Shown one piece after another: positions 40,001 to 52,995 of a DNA stretch of 64,000 bases. The stretch lies in contig CAJFCJ010000002.1 in NCBI GenBank assembly GCA_904063045.1, forward strand, positions 1,882,422 through 1,946,421, read 5' to 3'. A program made the position numbers and the translations under genes. Each line of letters begins with the position of its first letter. Position 1 is the first letter of the stretch. Below the pieces are notes generated by a model. That model was given only the letters and a program-made list of their open reading frames with translations. It was not told the DNA's origin and made no database searches. This DNA comes from Dimorphilus gyrociliatus (Eukaryota > Animalia > Annelida).

Positions 40001-43000
40001 AAAAATTCCTAAAAATAGAATGCCCAGTTAAGTAGGTGAACAGGGATAATGGTAATGAGATTGTGTTAAACTCCTACAAACCTGCTACGAAGCAACGTAA
40101 ATAGGTTTCCCTTAGGTATACACAAAGTTTTCTTGTTGTGGCGTCGTATATGTAATTTTTGTCACCAGATTTACTACGTTGTCTACCCTTCCAACTGGAC
40201 TCACTCTCATTTCGACAGCGTCTATCACCCTCAGAATCTAACCGCTTCTTTCTATATGGACTGTTTATTCTTCTATTTTTATCTTCTTTTGAATTTTCGC
40301 TTGATTCTCTATTAGGTTGACGTTGAAAGGTAAAATTATCGTAAACATCGCACGGCCTAGAAGCGTCTCTTCGATATAGAGATTGTTTTAAGCTATCTAA
40401 ATTGGAGCTGAATACGTAAACAGGTATAATTAATGATTTCCAAGAATATTGACTCCCTTTCTCTGTACAACTATCTATTTCCGGGAAGTCTCGTTTTAAG
40501 TCACTATCAGAGTCAGTAATATTTTTCGCTGAGGATTCGTCTGTGGAGGGGCTACTCTTAGGTGATAGGCCAACATCAGGGCCCTTATTTCTACTTCTAC
40601 GTCTGCTAGGTTTTTCGCTCCTTTCCTTTATAAATTCATTATCGCAGACCAGCATAATAAAATCGGCGTAGGACTTTGGGACGAAGGTTATTGACAATTG
40701 TTGACCTTGATTTTCTACAGTCTTTAAAAAACATTTCCATTCTGGTACATCGCTATCACTGCGATCAAATAGTATAGGACAAGAAATAGCATCGTCACTT
40801 CTACGACGTGCCTTGATCAATTCAATTAGTTGTTCACAATCACTTTTTGTTAAATCATACTGTTTATCATGTAATTTTTCTATTGAGCTTAAGAATTGAT
40901 TATAAAGTATCTCAATTGGATGATTTCCATCTTCATCAATTTTTAAATATGAGGTTTGGGAATGACTTAAATTTAACTGTTTATGAAGTTTAGAATTCGT
41001 AATCGGTAGGGAATTTAAATCTGAAATGAGTGAAAAAAAAATGTTTTTTGTACAAAAATCCTTATTTTCACTGCAAATCTTGACAAACCCTGTACATAAG
41101 AAGAAAACGTAAGCTCAACTAATTGGCAATAGGGAAGTAAGAGAGGAAGATTAAATGAGAAAGGAATATACTCCACTACTCCACCAAATTGCACTTGCTT
41201 CTTTTCGCCTGGTTTTTCACAGGCTTTTTTTACGGCTTGACTGTTGCAAATAACAATTTTTTTTAATTACTTTTAACGTTAGACTTTTAAATATACGTCA
41301 TGTGACTATACAATTGTTTGTCTCGAACAATGCGATACTACTTTTGATAAAAATGTGTGTATATGGGCTATATGCCTAAGAGCATCATCTTTATGAATAA
41401 TGAATGTGGTAGGAAGCTTTAGGAGATTTGACAGTAATAAATTTCTGCCTGTAATTCAAATCCCGAAAGGCAACGGCTGTCTTTATAGGCCTAAAAATCA
41501 CATGACGTTTAAAATCTTGTAAAGCATACCAAAAGTTTACAGCTGCTCTAGTCTTATCGGATTGTGAATAGGTAAAAAGATGTTCAAAGGTTAACAGACA
41601 AGATACGCATTTTCTATCTGAGCGATCGAACTGAAAGAAAAAATAACGGTAGGAATAAATTGGCGGGAAAAAGATAAGAGAAAGTTCCATTCGATACTAG
41701 CCACCTACAGTGTTTTGTATTGTAAAGATATTGTTAAATAGGATACTTTATAAAGACAATTCATTTCCAAAGGTTTAATACTGAATTATTGGACTTTAAA
41801 TGGTCCATTTTATTCTTTTCTAAAAATTTAACTTGAATGTTATAAATAATAAATTAAAACAGTAAAACATTTAAGACATTTATTTTATAATTTTAAAAAT
41901 CAAGTGTTCTCTTCTACACCGTTATTACATTCGGCATTTGACGATAATCGGACGTTGGTCAGTTGGAGGAGTTGAATCTCAGCTTTAAGATGAGATAGAA
42001 CTCTCTCCACTGAACACCGAACGATCTTTTGGTAAAAAAAAAAAGTAAGAGAGAATAGAAATCTAATTTGTCCCTTTTAAACGAAAATTAAGATAAAATT
42101 GTTGATTATCATTTGAATTCTCCTCGTAAATATCAAGTTAAGCTGATATCGTTGCTGATGCGAGCTCTTTCAAATAATCCATACTATGACAAACAACAAA
42201 CAGTTACTCTCCAACCAAGAAACGGACAGAAAAACTAAACTGTTTGCGCCAAACGTAAACGATTAGCGGAAAGCGACAAAGTGACAAGCGCATGCGCATT
42301 GACCTAGCGCACGTGATCCAGACGTTATCTGATACCAAGAGATAAATGTGCACAAGTAAAATGAATGTTAGGAAACCAGACCATCTACAATTCGAGCAAA
42401 CAATGAAAACATTTAGTAAATCTATAATACTAAGCTGACGAATTTTTTCCAAAAATGAGAGAACTTTTAGAGATTACGAAAACGCAAAAACAATGCAATA
42501 AGTTATTTCCCACAATGATAAAATTAATGATAAAATACTTGTACATTGAACATTTTTATCTCTTGAACGCACAGCATGTGCTCGTGCGCATCCATCTAAT
42601 ATGCTAAACAAATCTATATAGTCTTTCAGTATGCGAGTATAAACATACATTTATAGAAAATGTTTGTCTTGCTCATCGTATATGCATATTCTCCGTCTTT
42701 GTCCCTGTCGCTGTCTATGTCTCAGTCTGTCTAAGTCTGTCTCTGTCTATCTCTAGCTTTATCTCAATGAATCACAGATGGTGAAATAGCAGATATTTGG
42801 CAGAGGCGAAAATAAGTTGTCACCAATCCGACGAAAAAAAACTAATAAACATGCTCATTAAAACCAGCAACTTAAGATTTAACAAACAAACCAAACATTT
42901 TTCTGCTTTCTATTATCAAATAAAACATACAATACCACCTGAAAATTACGACGTTAAGTTGGTCGGTTAACAAGCTGGAAGAGTTAGATCTGGCAACTGC

Positions 43001-46000
43001 TGACTGCAAAGTGCCATAGACCTTACCTTCCAACTGGCCAACTCGTCATAAAATCTTCAATGTCTCATCATTACCGATCATAAAATCATCATAAAATGCA
43101 CAAGTAACCTGTCACTTAGCGTTATTTACGACGGAGACCGTCCTTATCAGTAGTCAAGTCCATTTTTGTTCGTAAAGGGATGTCATCCAACACAACATAC
43201 AAATTTTACCTATTTATTGCTCAAACGAACGAACTGTATTCTGCGGCTCTGCGACAACTAACTATACTTGTGCATGACAAGCAACACAAGCCGTTATTTC
43301 AATGAGACTGCCCAAGCCCAACACAAGATGGCGAGAGTTGCCCTACCAATTAGTTAACATAAACTTGTCAAAATAGAAAGAACAATTCAAAGTCTGCTGA
43401 AACGTCCTCTGCATTGACTCGATTTGATGATAAGAATTGATAAAGATAGATAAAATCGCCCGATACGATTGTACTTGTATCTACTTCAATTTTATACTTA
43501 AAGAGTAGCATGTTTCAACTCGTTTGTAATTTGATTCGGATGCATGAGCGTTTACGAGTTATTACTGGTTGCTAATTAGGGTAAATTATTCATCAAAGTT
43601 TGTAACGCCAAAGGTAAAGTTCAAATTTCTTAGTTTTATTTTATCTTAGAGGAGTTGGCCGTTATCAAATGACCTCACGCCTCTTTTTTAAATATGCAAA
43701 CTAATTATCAAAGCTATATGTATTGTACCAAGTCTTATATATCACTTCATAACCGCTTGCGTTTACTGCACAAATACAAATATCCCCCTCCTAGATAACG
43801 CCTTGCCGAATGATAACGGTGTAAATAGAACAACTGATAAAAACCTAAATTTGTCGACGAGTTAAGATTTGATAAGAATCAGTTAACTTATTTTAACGTC
43901 ACAATTTTTGACTTATTAGCTACTGAACTGAGGGTGTATCAATTGGAACTTTCAGTTTAAATATTGTACTAATTAAATTAATATATATATATCGTTTACT
44001 TACAGCTTTTGTTATTTCCTGAGATGTACATCCTGCTAAATCCTGCTTTTCGTCATCCTCCGTTTCTACAAAGCCATGTTGTGGTTCAACCTAAGTGCAG
44101 ATAGATCTGTATTAAATTTCCTTATTCTAAACAGAAAAGATTCTTTACCCAGCACTCGGTAATTAATTGCAATTCCTGATCCGTCTCCGAGTTCTCGTTG
44201 TCTTCCTCTTCTCCATTTTCTGATATTCTGATGATAATTAATTGTTATTCAAACACTAGATCAAAAAATTCTTTCAATTTATTCTACCTTTCACTTGTTC
44301 CATGCATATTTGATGTTGGTGGTAACAAAACATACTGAACCAAACAGGATAATAGTTCATTTTCTCTGGGATCATTTTCTAATGAACAAGATGGTATTGT
44401 GCTATTCTTTTCCTATTAGACGATAGTGTATGAATTTTAATTTCTATCCTATCATTCCATTAAAAGTGTATGGATGTGTCTTACCGTCATATCTAGTTCT
44501 ATAACCATATTAACAAACCCTTGGCATCCGTAAGCAAATTTAAAACCCTCATTCTGTCTTTTCCTGGAAAATATGATACAAGGTCCTTTTACATAAAATA
44601 GTAATGAATGCGAATGGTTACTTTGAAAGCACTGAAGCAATCATTCCTAAACTACGGCTGCTTAAGGAATATTGTGAACATGGCTGAATTGTCCAAATAT
44701 TTCGGCGATATAGCAAGTATTTAAGGGCTAAATGACTTTGTAAACTAGCTGACGGTGGGCTATCACTTTTTCCGTTAAAAAGATCGTCGTATCTATAACA
44801 AAATATAACATATTATATTTCGTTTCTTCGACTGACAATTTTTATGGTCATCATACCTGACTAAAGCATGTTGTAATGGGGTTTTAATTTGAGTACAAAG
44901 GTTAATCTGAAGATTAAAAAAAATTGTAAAGGGATGATATTTACATAAGATTGTGTTAAATTAATAATAGTAAAGTCAATACTTCAACAGCACTTCCTAC
45001 TCTTGATCTAGATTTTCCTGTCTTGCCCAACGATTCATTTAATGAATGATCATTTCTGAATTGCTTTTGAATACTGCGACTAAAATTTTCTCTCTCACTA
45101 TCAGAAATTGGAAGTTTTAAATTTAACAATTTCATACGTAAATCATTGTACGTCTGTTAAAGAAGAGAATTAAATAAATTACTATAAAATTAAGGATTTT
45201 CTATGTAAAAATCCTATACAAATAGTATATTCAGACCTTATGACGAATTACGCTACTGGTTCCACCCAAGAATGCTAGTTTTAATATAAATAGTGGACCA
45301 TTAGCAGCCACTTTTATAACGCAAAATGAACAAGGTTTCTCTGACTTTTCATCATCCCTAAAATAAAGAAGTTATAGAAGTTTTATTTGTAATTTGAAAA
45401 ATTTCCTCATACTAACTCGTATATGAATTTTATATATGAGAGGCTCTCAACCAGGACAAATGAAGAATACTGTCCAAGAAAATGTAAAGTGATGTCGGTT
45501 GTGGCTTTTCGAGCTGTTATTGATACATATCTTCCACTGGCATTAGGATAATATACATTTTCTGCAATAGGTCTTTCATGCTCCAGTACAAGAATTATCT
45601 GATGTACATGTAGCCATTTTCTCCTTTTCAAAGTTTCAAATAAAGATATTTTAGTTTTTTTTTCTATTTGAATAATTTATCTATATAAAAAGTAAATTAC
45701 CACATTCTTATATCAATCATGACTGTTGGCTCCCAGAAAGCAGCGAATTCACTTAGTTCTACATCACTAAATTGTTTTAAATAAAGTTATTAAAAAGAGA
45801 TTAAAAATAATTCATCCACTATTTCAAAATATATTCTTTTAACAAACTTTGGATTTAATTGCGTTGATAATTGAGGAGTTGACGATGCATTGGGATGGCT
45901 GGCTAAATCAAATAAATTCACACCTTGCTTTAAACTATTAGGAATGTTAAAGAATATAGGATTTGACAAAAAGGACGTAAAATGTAGCAGAAGCTTGTCG

Positions 46001-48221
46001 GTTTCCGTAAGACTATTTAAACAAGAAAAGCGAATATTTAGTTAATAATTAATATTCTATTTCAATTTAACAAACCTAGCTAAATGTTTCCAAAACTGAG
46101 TTTTCATTAAAGTTAATAATTTGCTTGGTAGTGCTTGATTTCTGGCACAAATAAGATCATGAAGCACACTATAGTTTCCTTCTATTGATATATCAACATA
46201 AGTACTTCTAAACGTAAAATAAAAAAACTTTACTTGTATAGTCAAAATTTATATAATGAATAGATACATACTTATTATTATTGAACGGCCAAGGTGAACG
46301 AATAATGTATGCAATTTTCACTGAGTCCCTCCACGGTACAGAGAGGTAAACATTAATTTGACCTTCCCCTAAAACATTTTTATATATTATAATCTAATAC
46401 ATCTAGACACTAATTTTAATACCTTTTGGTATTAATTGAAGTCTTTCAATAACATAACCCTCTCGCAATCGAACTGATATTAGTTCAGCAGCATTCACTT
46501 TTACAGGAAATCCTTCAATATATTTTTTCTTTAACTGAGGAAATTCAAACTTCGATTGATGGACTACCCCAAACAAACTTAGAGGTTGAATTCGAATGAA
46601 AAACAATCGCTTTTGGCAAATATTAGCAGTTTCTTTTGAAGTTCTATCTATTAAATCTATATCTCTTTTTGACTAATGAAAATAAAATGTGACATATAAA
46701 TAATTCAATTACGCTATTTTCATTTCGAAAATTTTTATCATACCAAGCAAGCACCAACAGTTGCTGTTGTCAAGAAATGAAGAAAATCTGAGGAGGATAG
46801 CACCCCAAAGTCATTCAAAGACGATGGATTTCCATTGTTTACTTCGGACATATTAATCACGAACACTCTTACAGATGCATTTCTTAGTTGAGTAAGTAAT
46901 TTGTCCAAATTAATAGGATCAGGCTGACTAAAAACACCATCGGAAACGATAACAATTCCTGGAGAGTTTCATCAGGATATTAAAAATACTGAACAATAGT
47001 TAGAATAAAAAGTTTACCAGGGCTTGCTACATCTGGTAATAGATTCATTGCAAAAAATCCATATGTTATCATGTTTATAAGATGGGCAGATGCATGAGGT
47101 ACTTTTCCCATTTGATCAACATCTAATGGGAAAGAGTCTTGCCCATTGTATTCTTCATTTATTAAGCACCTAACCTGATAAGATTTTTTGAAAGAAAATG
47201 CTTCAGATATATCTAATGTAAAGCATTTAATTTATATTATTTACCTCTATAAAATTGCTAATAAATTTATCAAATTGTTCTTTAAGACTTTTTGTAACTT
47301 CTTCTATGTTTGTTTCAGTAGTACAGACCCCTTGTAACAGCACCTGTAAAAAGAAAGATTAATGATAACTATGCATAATAAAAACAGAAATATTGTAATA
47401 GCAAACCTGACTAACTAGAGGTTTACAATGAGGACAAAACGCTAATACTGTGATATAAACTTTTGGTGAAAACGAAACTTTAGATGATATTGGACACTGA
47501 AAAGAAAACATAACGGATTATGAGTATACGTATATGTATATTACAAAAAAAACTATAAACTTTACCGAGCTTACTAAACTTTTGATTACACCTATCACAG
47601 TTCGAATCATTTCATTAACACCCAGATCAGACTCACTTCTTACCTATAACAAAACTTGTTAGAGTATCTAAATACAATGTTCGTAAAATAAAGACTTACA
47701 GAAGAAAACAGGGACGGTTTCATATCAAGGACAATGACGAATTTATAAAAATTAGAAAGAAATGTTATTTTTGTTGAGGGTATAATTTTCAAGTGAATGG
47801 AAGCATTTTCAATGTCTTCATGATTAGCAATTTCATCCTCGTGAACTTTGCTAAGTCCAATTGATAAAATTTCAACTTCTTCATCAACAGCACCAAGCTA
47901 GTTTAAAAGATGAAATTAATATGATTCTTGTTTTTTTAAATTTAAGTTTTAGATTTCTTTTACCATAGCATCAGTTGTCAGCGGTAGTGGTTTATTTAAG
48001 TTATTAAAATACCAATATACTGCAGCATTTCTCGATAGCGGATATTCATGCCTGCTTTTAGCATATACTTCCTGAACATCAATTATCTAGAAGTAAACAA
48101 TTAATACAAGTCTGATGATTTCAGATTTAAAACCACATGGTCATTTGTTATGAAATTATAAAAAATGTCAACAAAATTTTACCTTATACCCAGATTTCTC
48201 TATTTTTTCTGACTCAGACAT
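31092..48221 (-). CDS. SZT2: KICSTOR scaffold SZT2, many exons
   Basis: N-terminal YPLSRNAAVYWYF, IIPSTKITFL...FVIVLDMKPS, GIIVIVSDGVF, ELISVRLREGYVI, WLHVHQIILVLEHE and EGFKFAYGCQGFVNMVIEL; C-terminus CCCFFLWSHFVC*. All parallel SZT2. Individual exon boundaries are not fully resolved. Confidence 0.93.
32288..32488. mobile_element. 201-bp intronic element bounded by ~20-bp imperfect inverted repeats (MITE-like or structured RNA)
   Basis: ATATATGTAGTCGAT (32288-32302) is the exact reverse complement of ATCGACTACATATAT (32474-32488), 18/20 when extended. Flanks are TA-rich, there are internal hairpins, and all minus-strand frames contain stops. Confidence 0.5.
42288..42315. promoter_or_regulatory. 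NRF1-type palindrome plus E-box inside the long SZT2 intron
   Basis: GCGCATGCGCA at 42288-42298 and CACGTG at 42310-42315. Confidence 0.45.
42700..42755. repeat. Degenerate (CTGTCT)n simple repeat
   Basis: Repeated ctgtct/gtct units within the SZT2 intron. Confidence 0.6.
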
Positions 48222-48891
48222 CTTTATTTTTGCATATATAACTAATTGACATTCTCGAAAATTTCTCAATTTTATCCTTTAATCGCCATTATTGTTTTGG
48301 TGTACTCGTTTGTTCTAGTTTCAGTCTAAAAATATACTTTTAGATTTATTTTACAATTGCATTATCGAAAGGTGTTCTTATATCTGTGCAGTATCCAAGA
48401 AATGCGGTATACTTAAGAGTCCACCTTATCGTTATTGTTTATCCAATAATTATCAATCTGGGGATGCAATACCAATGTATTTAATCAGTGAAATAGATAA
48501 ATAAATAAATATTAATTTATATATAGGTTATATGTTATTGTTTGTTTTTGCTGAGTTTATAGCTTCAAAGTATTGAATGCTTCGTTCCGTCAAAAAATAC
48601 AAACTTCAGTTGCCCAATTATATTACCAAAAAAAAAATTAATTACATAAAGAAAAATTAAGGCTCGAAAGTGCTGACACAGCAGACAGGTTTCCAGAGAA
48701 AACTGTTAGACTCACCTGGCATTAATCAATATACGAAAGATATCACATGAGAGTGAATTAGTCGTTCGTGAGGTTGGCGGCTGTGAACAAGAATACAAGA
48801 ATAATTTTGGATCTGGTAGGGCTTTTTTTGCACCAATCGCCGGATATGAGACTGTTCTAATAAAAAAATAATTTTAAAACAAGCTTTCAAC

Positions 48892-50475
48892 ATGGATCCA
48901 ACCATCCCCTGTAAGATATGTTCAGATAAATCGGCTGGTGTCCACTATGGGGTCGCTTCGTGCGAAGCTTGCAAGGTAAAACCCTAATCAAAAATTGTAG
49001 GTGAGGTTAGCAATCATTAGAAGTGAACTTAAAACGAAATTTAGGGTGTATTTTATGTATTCAGTATAACTACGTCTTACTCATAGTGGCATGATCAGAC
49101 TATATATAAATGCTTGTCTGCTTTTTATCGTTTATTGATCTTCACAACGTATAAAACTATATCTAGTGTTATGTGATACGAGATTTTGTCTTGGTTTTCT
49201 ACAAGACTATCATTTTACAGAGTTTCTTTAAACGGTGTAACCAGAAACCTCCTGAAGGCAACAAGTGCCGTAAACCTGGATATTGCACAATTGTTCCAGC
49301 TCGTCGAAATAATTGTGCTGAATGTAGATATATAAAATGTCTTGCCGTTGGTATGTCAATAAACAATATTAAAACTGGACGATACTCGGCTAAACAATTG
49401 GAGGAAAGCAGAAGAGAAGTTGAGAAATTGCAAAGACAGAGAGAATTAGAGAAAAATGGATTTTATGCTAATCACACGCTAAAAAACGAAGATATAGAAA
49501 AAATTGTTAAAACTTTAGTGGAAAAAAGATCTGTAATCAAAAAAACCTTTAATCCACAACTTGAAAGATTTGCAATACCATTCAAAGTCAACAGGCAAAA
49601 CCATCATAGACCTATGAGGGAGCGTCTTACAGCTTCTTGGAAGTTTAGAAAACCAGAAGTTTTCAAAACTATTGTATTCCAAGTAACACAAGATATACCT
49701 GGATTTTCATCTTTAACGCAAGAGGATCAGAATGAAGTAATACCACTCTAATTAATATAGAATTCTTATTTCTTATTTGATATTTCTTTTTCAGCTTATT
49801 AAGGTCAACAGGGTAGACTTTCGTATGATTTACAGCCTAGTAAAAGTTGAAGATAGTGGAAAATATCTCTTATTTAACGATAAGATTGTATGCGCTGTAG
49901 AGGATGTTAGAAAAACTGAACATTTAAGTGAAGAAGTAGTTGAAAGAATTAGAAACGTTAGGAAAAAACTCGACGCATTACAACTTACTGATGAGGAAAG
50001 AGTTGTGCTCAGTGGTCTCACATTAACCCATACAGACCGTTCAATGAAAGTTGAAGATAGAGTAAGCATCGAAAAGATACAAAACACATTGTTACAATGT
50101 CTAGAATATTGTGTGGGGAAACAGTATGACAGTACACAGAAAGGTAAAAGAGTAGCGAAATTATTAACTGTTTTAGCAGACTTGAGAACTTGTTCGGATG
50201 ATCTCATTCAATCAAAACATAATCTACTCTTCAAATATCCAGATGTAGATTTTCCTCCTAGTATACGGGAAATGTGGTATAGTGATCTGCAGGAAGCATA
50301 TGATATGGACAAGATAAGATCTGAATTACAAAATATAGATTTAGACTTTGTATCCGAAAATTCATCACCAGAAATGAGCACCGCAAGTGATTTGATAGAT
50401 CTAGGACCAGACCTTGAAACTTTTCTTTTTGATACTACTATTTTCCCAGATGATATAGATACTGTGTTTAAATAA
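48892..50475 (+). CDS. Nuclear hormone receptor (NR1-like), 3 coding exons
   Basis: [28 protein letters not shown]|SFFKR...CRKPGYC...[14 protein letters not shown]; T-box IKTGRYS; LBD signature [15 protein letters not shown]|LIK; AF-2-like FPPSIREMW. Confidence 0.93.
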
Positions 50476-51071
50476 TATGCAAATTAGATCGCATTAAAAC
50501 TTACACTGTTAGTCAAATAATATATTCTTAATTGATTTTAAAAAATGTGTTGATTGAAATAAAACAAAACAACTGAATGTAAAATAAATCTAGTTATATC
50601 TATTGATAATATTAATACATTTTAAAAATACTCTATCTACAACATTTGTTATTTTCAATCTGTTCTATTTATTTTCATGCTTCTTTTTTTTAGGCCTATA
50701 GAACGCTTAATATATTTTTTTAAAGTTATAATTAACAATTACGTTATTAATAATAATTATTTAATCAACAAATTATTATTTAATAAGTAAATAATCATTT
50801 TTTAAATGATTAAAATAGTAATGAGGTATTAAGATAGTAAATATTAGAATTGAGAAGAGGACTATATTACATTGTATGCTCTCTAGCTTTTTGCGCTGTA
50901 TTGAAAAAAGTTCTCGGGGTATTTCTACGCGGTTGAAGAGACTGTCAACATTTATTGTTAGAAATTTGCCAGCCCCTTCAGCAGGACATTTCTCACATTT
51001 ATCTGGAGGTAATAGGTATTGTCCTAATTGGAAGACGTTGAATAATGTCGATACTACGAAAATTGGGAAAA

Positions 51072-52995
51072 ATGGCGTCTTTTGACGAGACGCACTCGGA
51101 AGCAAGAAGAAAATCAGAATTTCAAATTAAACTGATGGAAAGAGACCCAAGCGAACCGAAGGTGGTTTTGATTGCAGCAAAAAATAGCCAACATTGCGAG
51201 TATAGCTTCAAATGTAAGTATCAATAAACAAGATGGTACTGCCATGAATAGTATAGAGTCAGCTGTATAAAAATAGGCCTATTTTATCACTTAAAAGTCT
51301 TTGCAAGTCATTTCTATAGGATTGAAAGGAATATTCATGCTAGATTTTTATTAGTAAGCTATTGATTAACTCTCCTTAATTAAGATGATATTTAAATTCT
51401 TCTACTTAATCATTTCAATCCATCACAATTTTTTTTTAAAAAGAAATGTAAGGTGATTAGGATTGATGATTGATTTTTTCCCTTAGCATCTTGCTCCACT
51501 TCCTGGTTCCTTTTCTTTGTTCATTTCTTTTTTGATATAGCTTTGTTGTCAAAGAAAGGTTTTTTTTAAAACCAAGCTAAGATAATCATAGTGATTATAT
51601 TTATATACTTAATTCTAACCATATTGGAGAGGGAAACTAAAGGATAAAAAACAATAAAAGAATAATAGGAGTTGGAAGTTTTAAATTTCGCCTTTTCCAC
51701 TATTGTTCTAAACAGAATAACAAATACTGAACTACATTCAACAAAAAAAATATACTGGCAATGTGCTTTTCATCCGCTCTTTTGCGTACATAAAAAGTAT
51801 CCTTGTGTATCCGTCTTGTTCTTGATAAATTTCAATACATTCTTATTTCTGCCTCTCATCTAATAATATTTTTCTTTTAACAGGGTACTTCGATAATATT
51901 CATAGAAAAGGTAATCAAGTCGTTATTGTCTATATTATCGAATTACCGGAACAGAGAACCTCATCATCTAGTAAGTGAGATAAGCATGTTTTTATACTGC
52001 TTGTATTCTTTTTCTCTATGCTCTTGATAGATAAAAGTACTTGGGAAAATACTTTTTTTTTCTGTCAAGTTGTTTATTTCCGCTTTTATTTTATATTTTT
52101 CTTTTCACTTGAATAGAACATGTTAGTGGTAATCTAACACATACAATGGGTAAGATATGATAAGCATGAATACTGCACATATTAATATGTAAAAAATATT
52201 AAATGGCAGCTTTAATTCTAACGACTATATATATACAGTATATAGTAATAACTATATGTTCATGTAATCTATACTATATCTAAAATATGTCACTAATGCT
52301 ATTTTGTATTTAAATATCCACCAAGTACATAGTATTCATTATTTAGATATTATATCAATTATTTCGTCTCGTATAAGCTAATTTATGGTCAATCTTATAA
52401 TTAATTTTTATATGTTCTAAGGAAACATGCATGTATCTCCCAAAACGTTGCAAGAACTATGGCAAAAGGAGGAAGAGAGAACATTGGAAATAGAAGACAC
52501 GATGAGACGCCTGCTTCAAGAAAAGAAAGTATGTAATCAATACTTAGTTTTATGAAAATTTTGTTACTTTCTAAAACGGAACTTGAGTATTTTGTTTTTT
52601 TTGTTTAGTGTAGCGGAGTTCTTAGAACAGCCGCAGGCAGACCTGGTGCGACGATTTGCAAAGTCGCACATGAGGAAAGTGCCTCTATGGTAATAATTGG
52701 GGCACGCTGCGAACACAAGATGAAGGATCTGTTTGTGTCTTCTATTCCTGAATACGTTATTCAACATGCTCCTTGTCCCGTTGTCATAAATCATTTACAA
52801 CCTATCCAACGTAGAGCATCTAGTTCTGATATTGATGTACGTACGCGTCACTTCAGTGATAGTACGCTAGCAACTAACAAATCCAGGAAGAAGAAGTTAT
52901 CTTTTATTGATCGTGTTAGATACAAGAGTGCTCGAGATAAATCTTCAACTGATGAGGTATTTGAAGAAGAGAAAGAAAATCAGAATGCGTCTTAA
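51072..52995 (+). CDS. Universal stress protein (UspA-domain)
   Basis: Exons 51072-51213, 51884-51970, (52117-52149), 52422-52528 and 52609-52995. Motifs: KVVLIAAKNSQHCEYSFK|WYFDNIHRKGNQVVIVYIIE, GRPGATICKVAHEESASMVIIG and YVIQHAPCPVVI. Confidence 0.88.

Noticed and set aside
42204-42452. 82-aa minus-strand ORF in the long SZT2 intron
   Set aside because: Non-ATG start, no recognisable homology, and it overlaps promoter-like motifs.
49830-51105. Minus-strand ORFs 49830 and 50776 and plus-strand ORF 50876
   Set aside because: Antisense to the receptor LBD or overlapping the USP 5' region; no splice or homology support.
51797-51804. U12-type donor-like GTATCCTT in USP intron 1
   Set aside because: No ATG-initiated upstream frame is compatible with the phase-1 acceptor at 51884.
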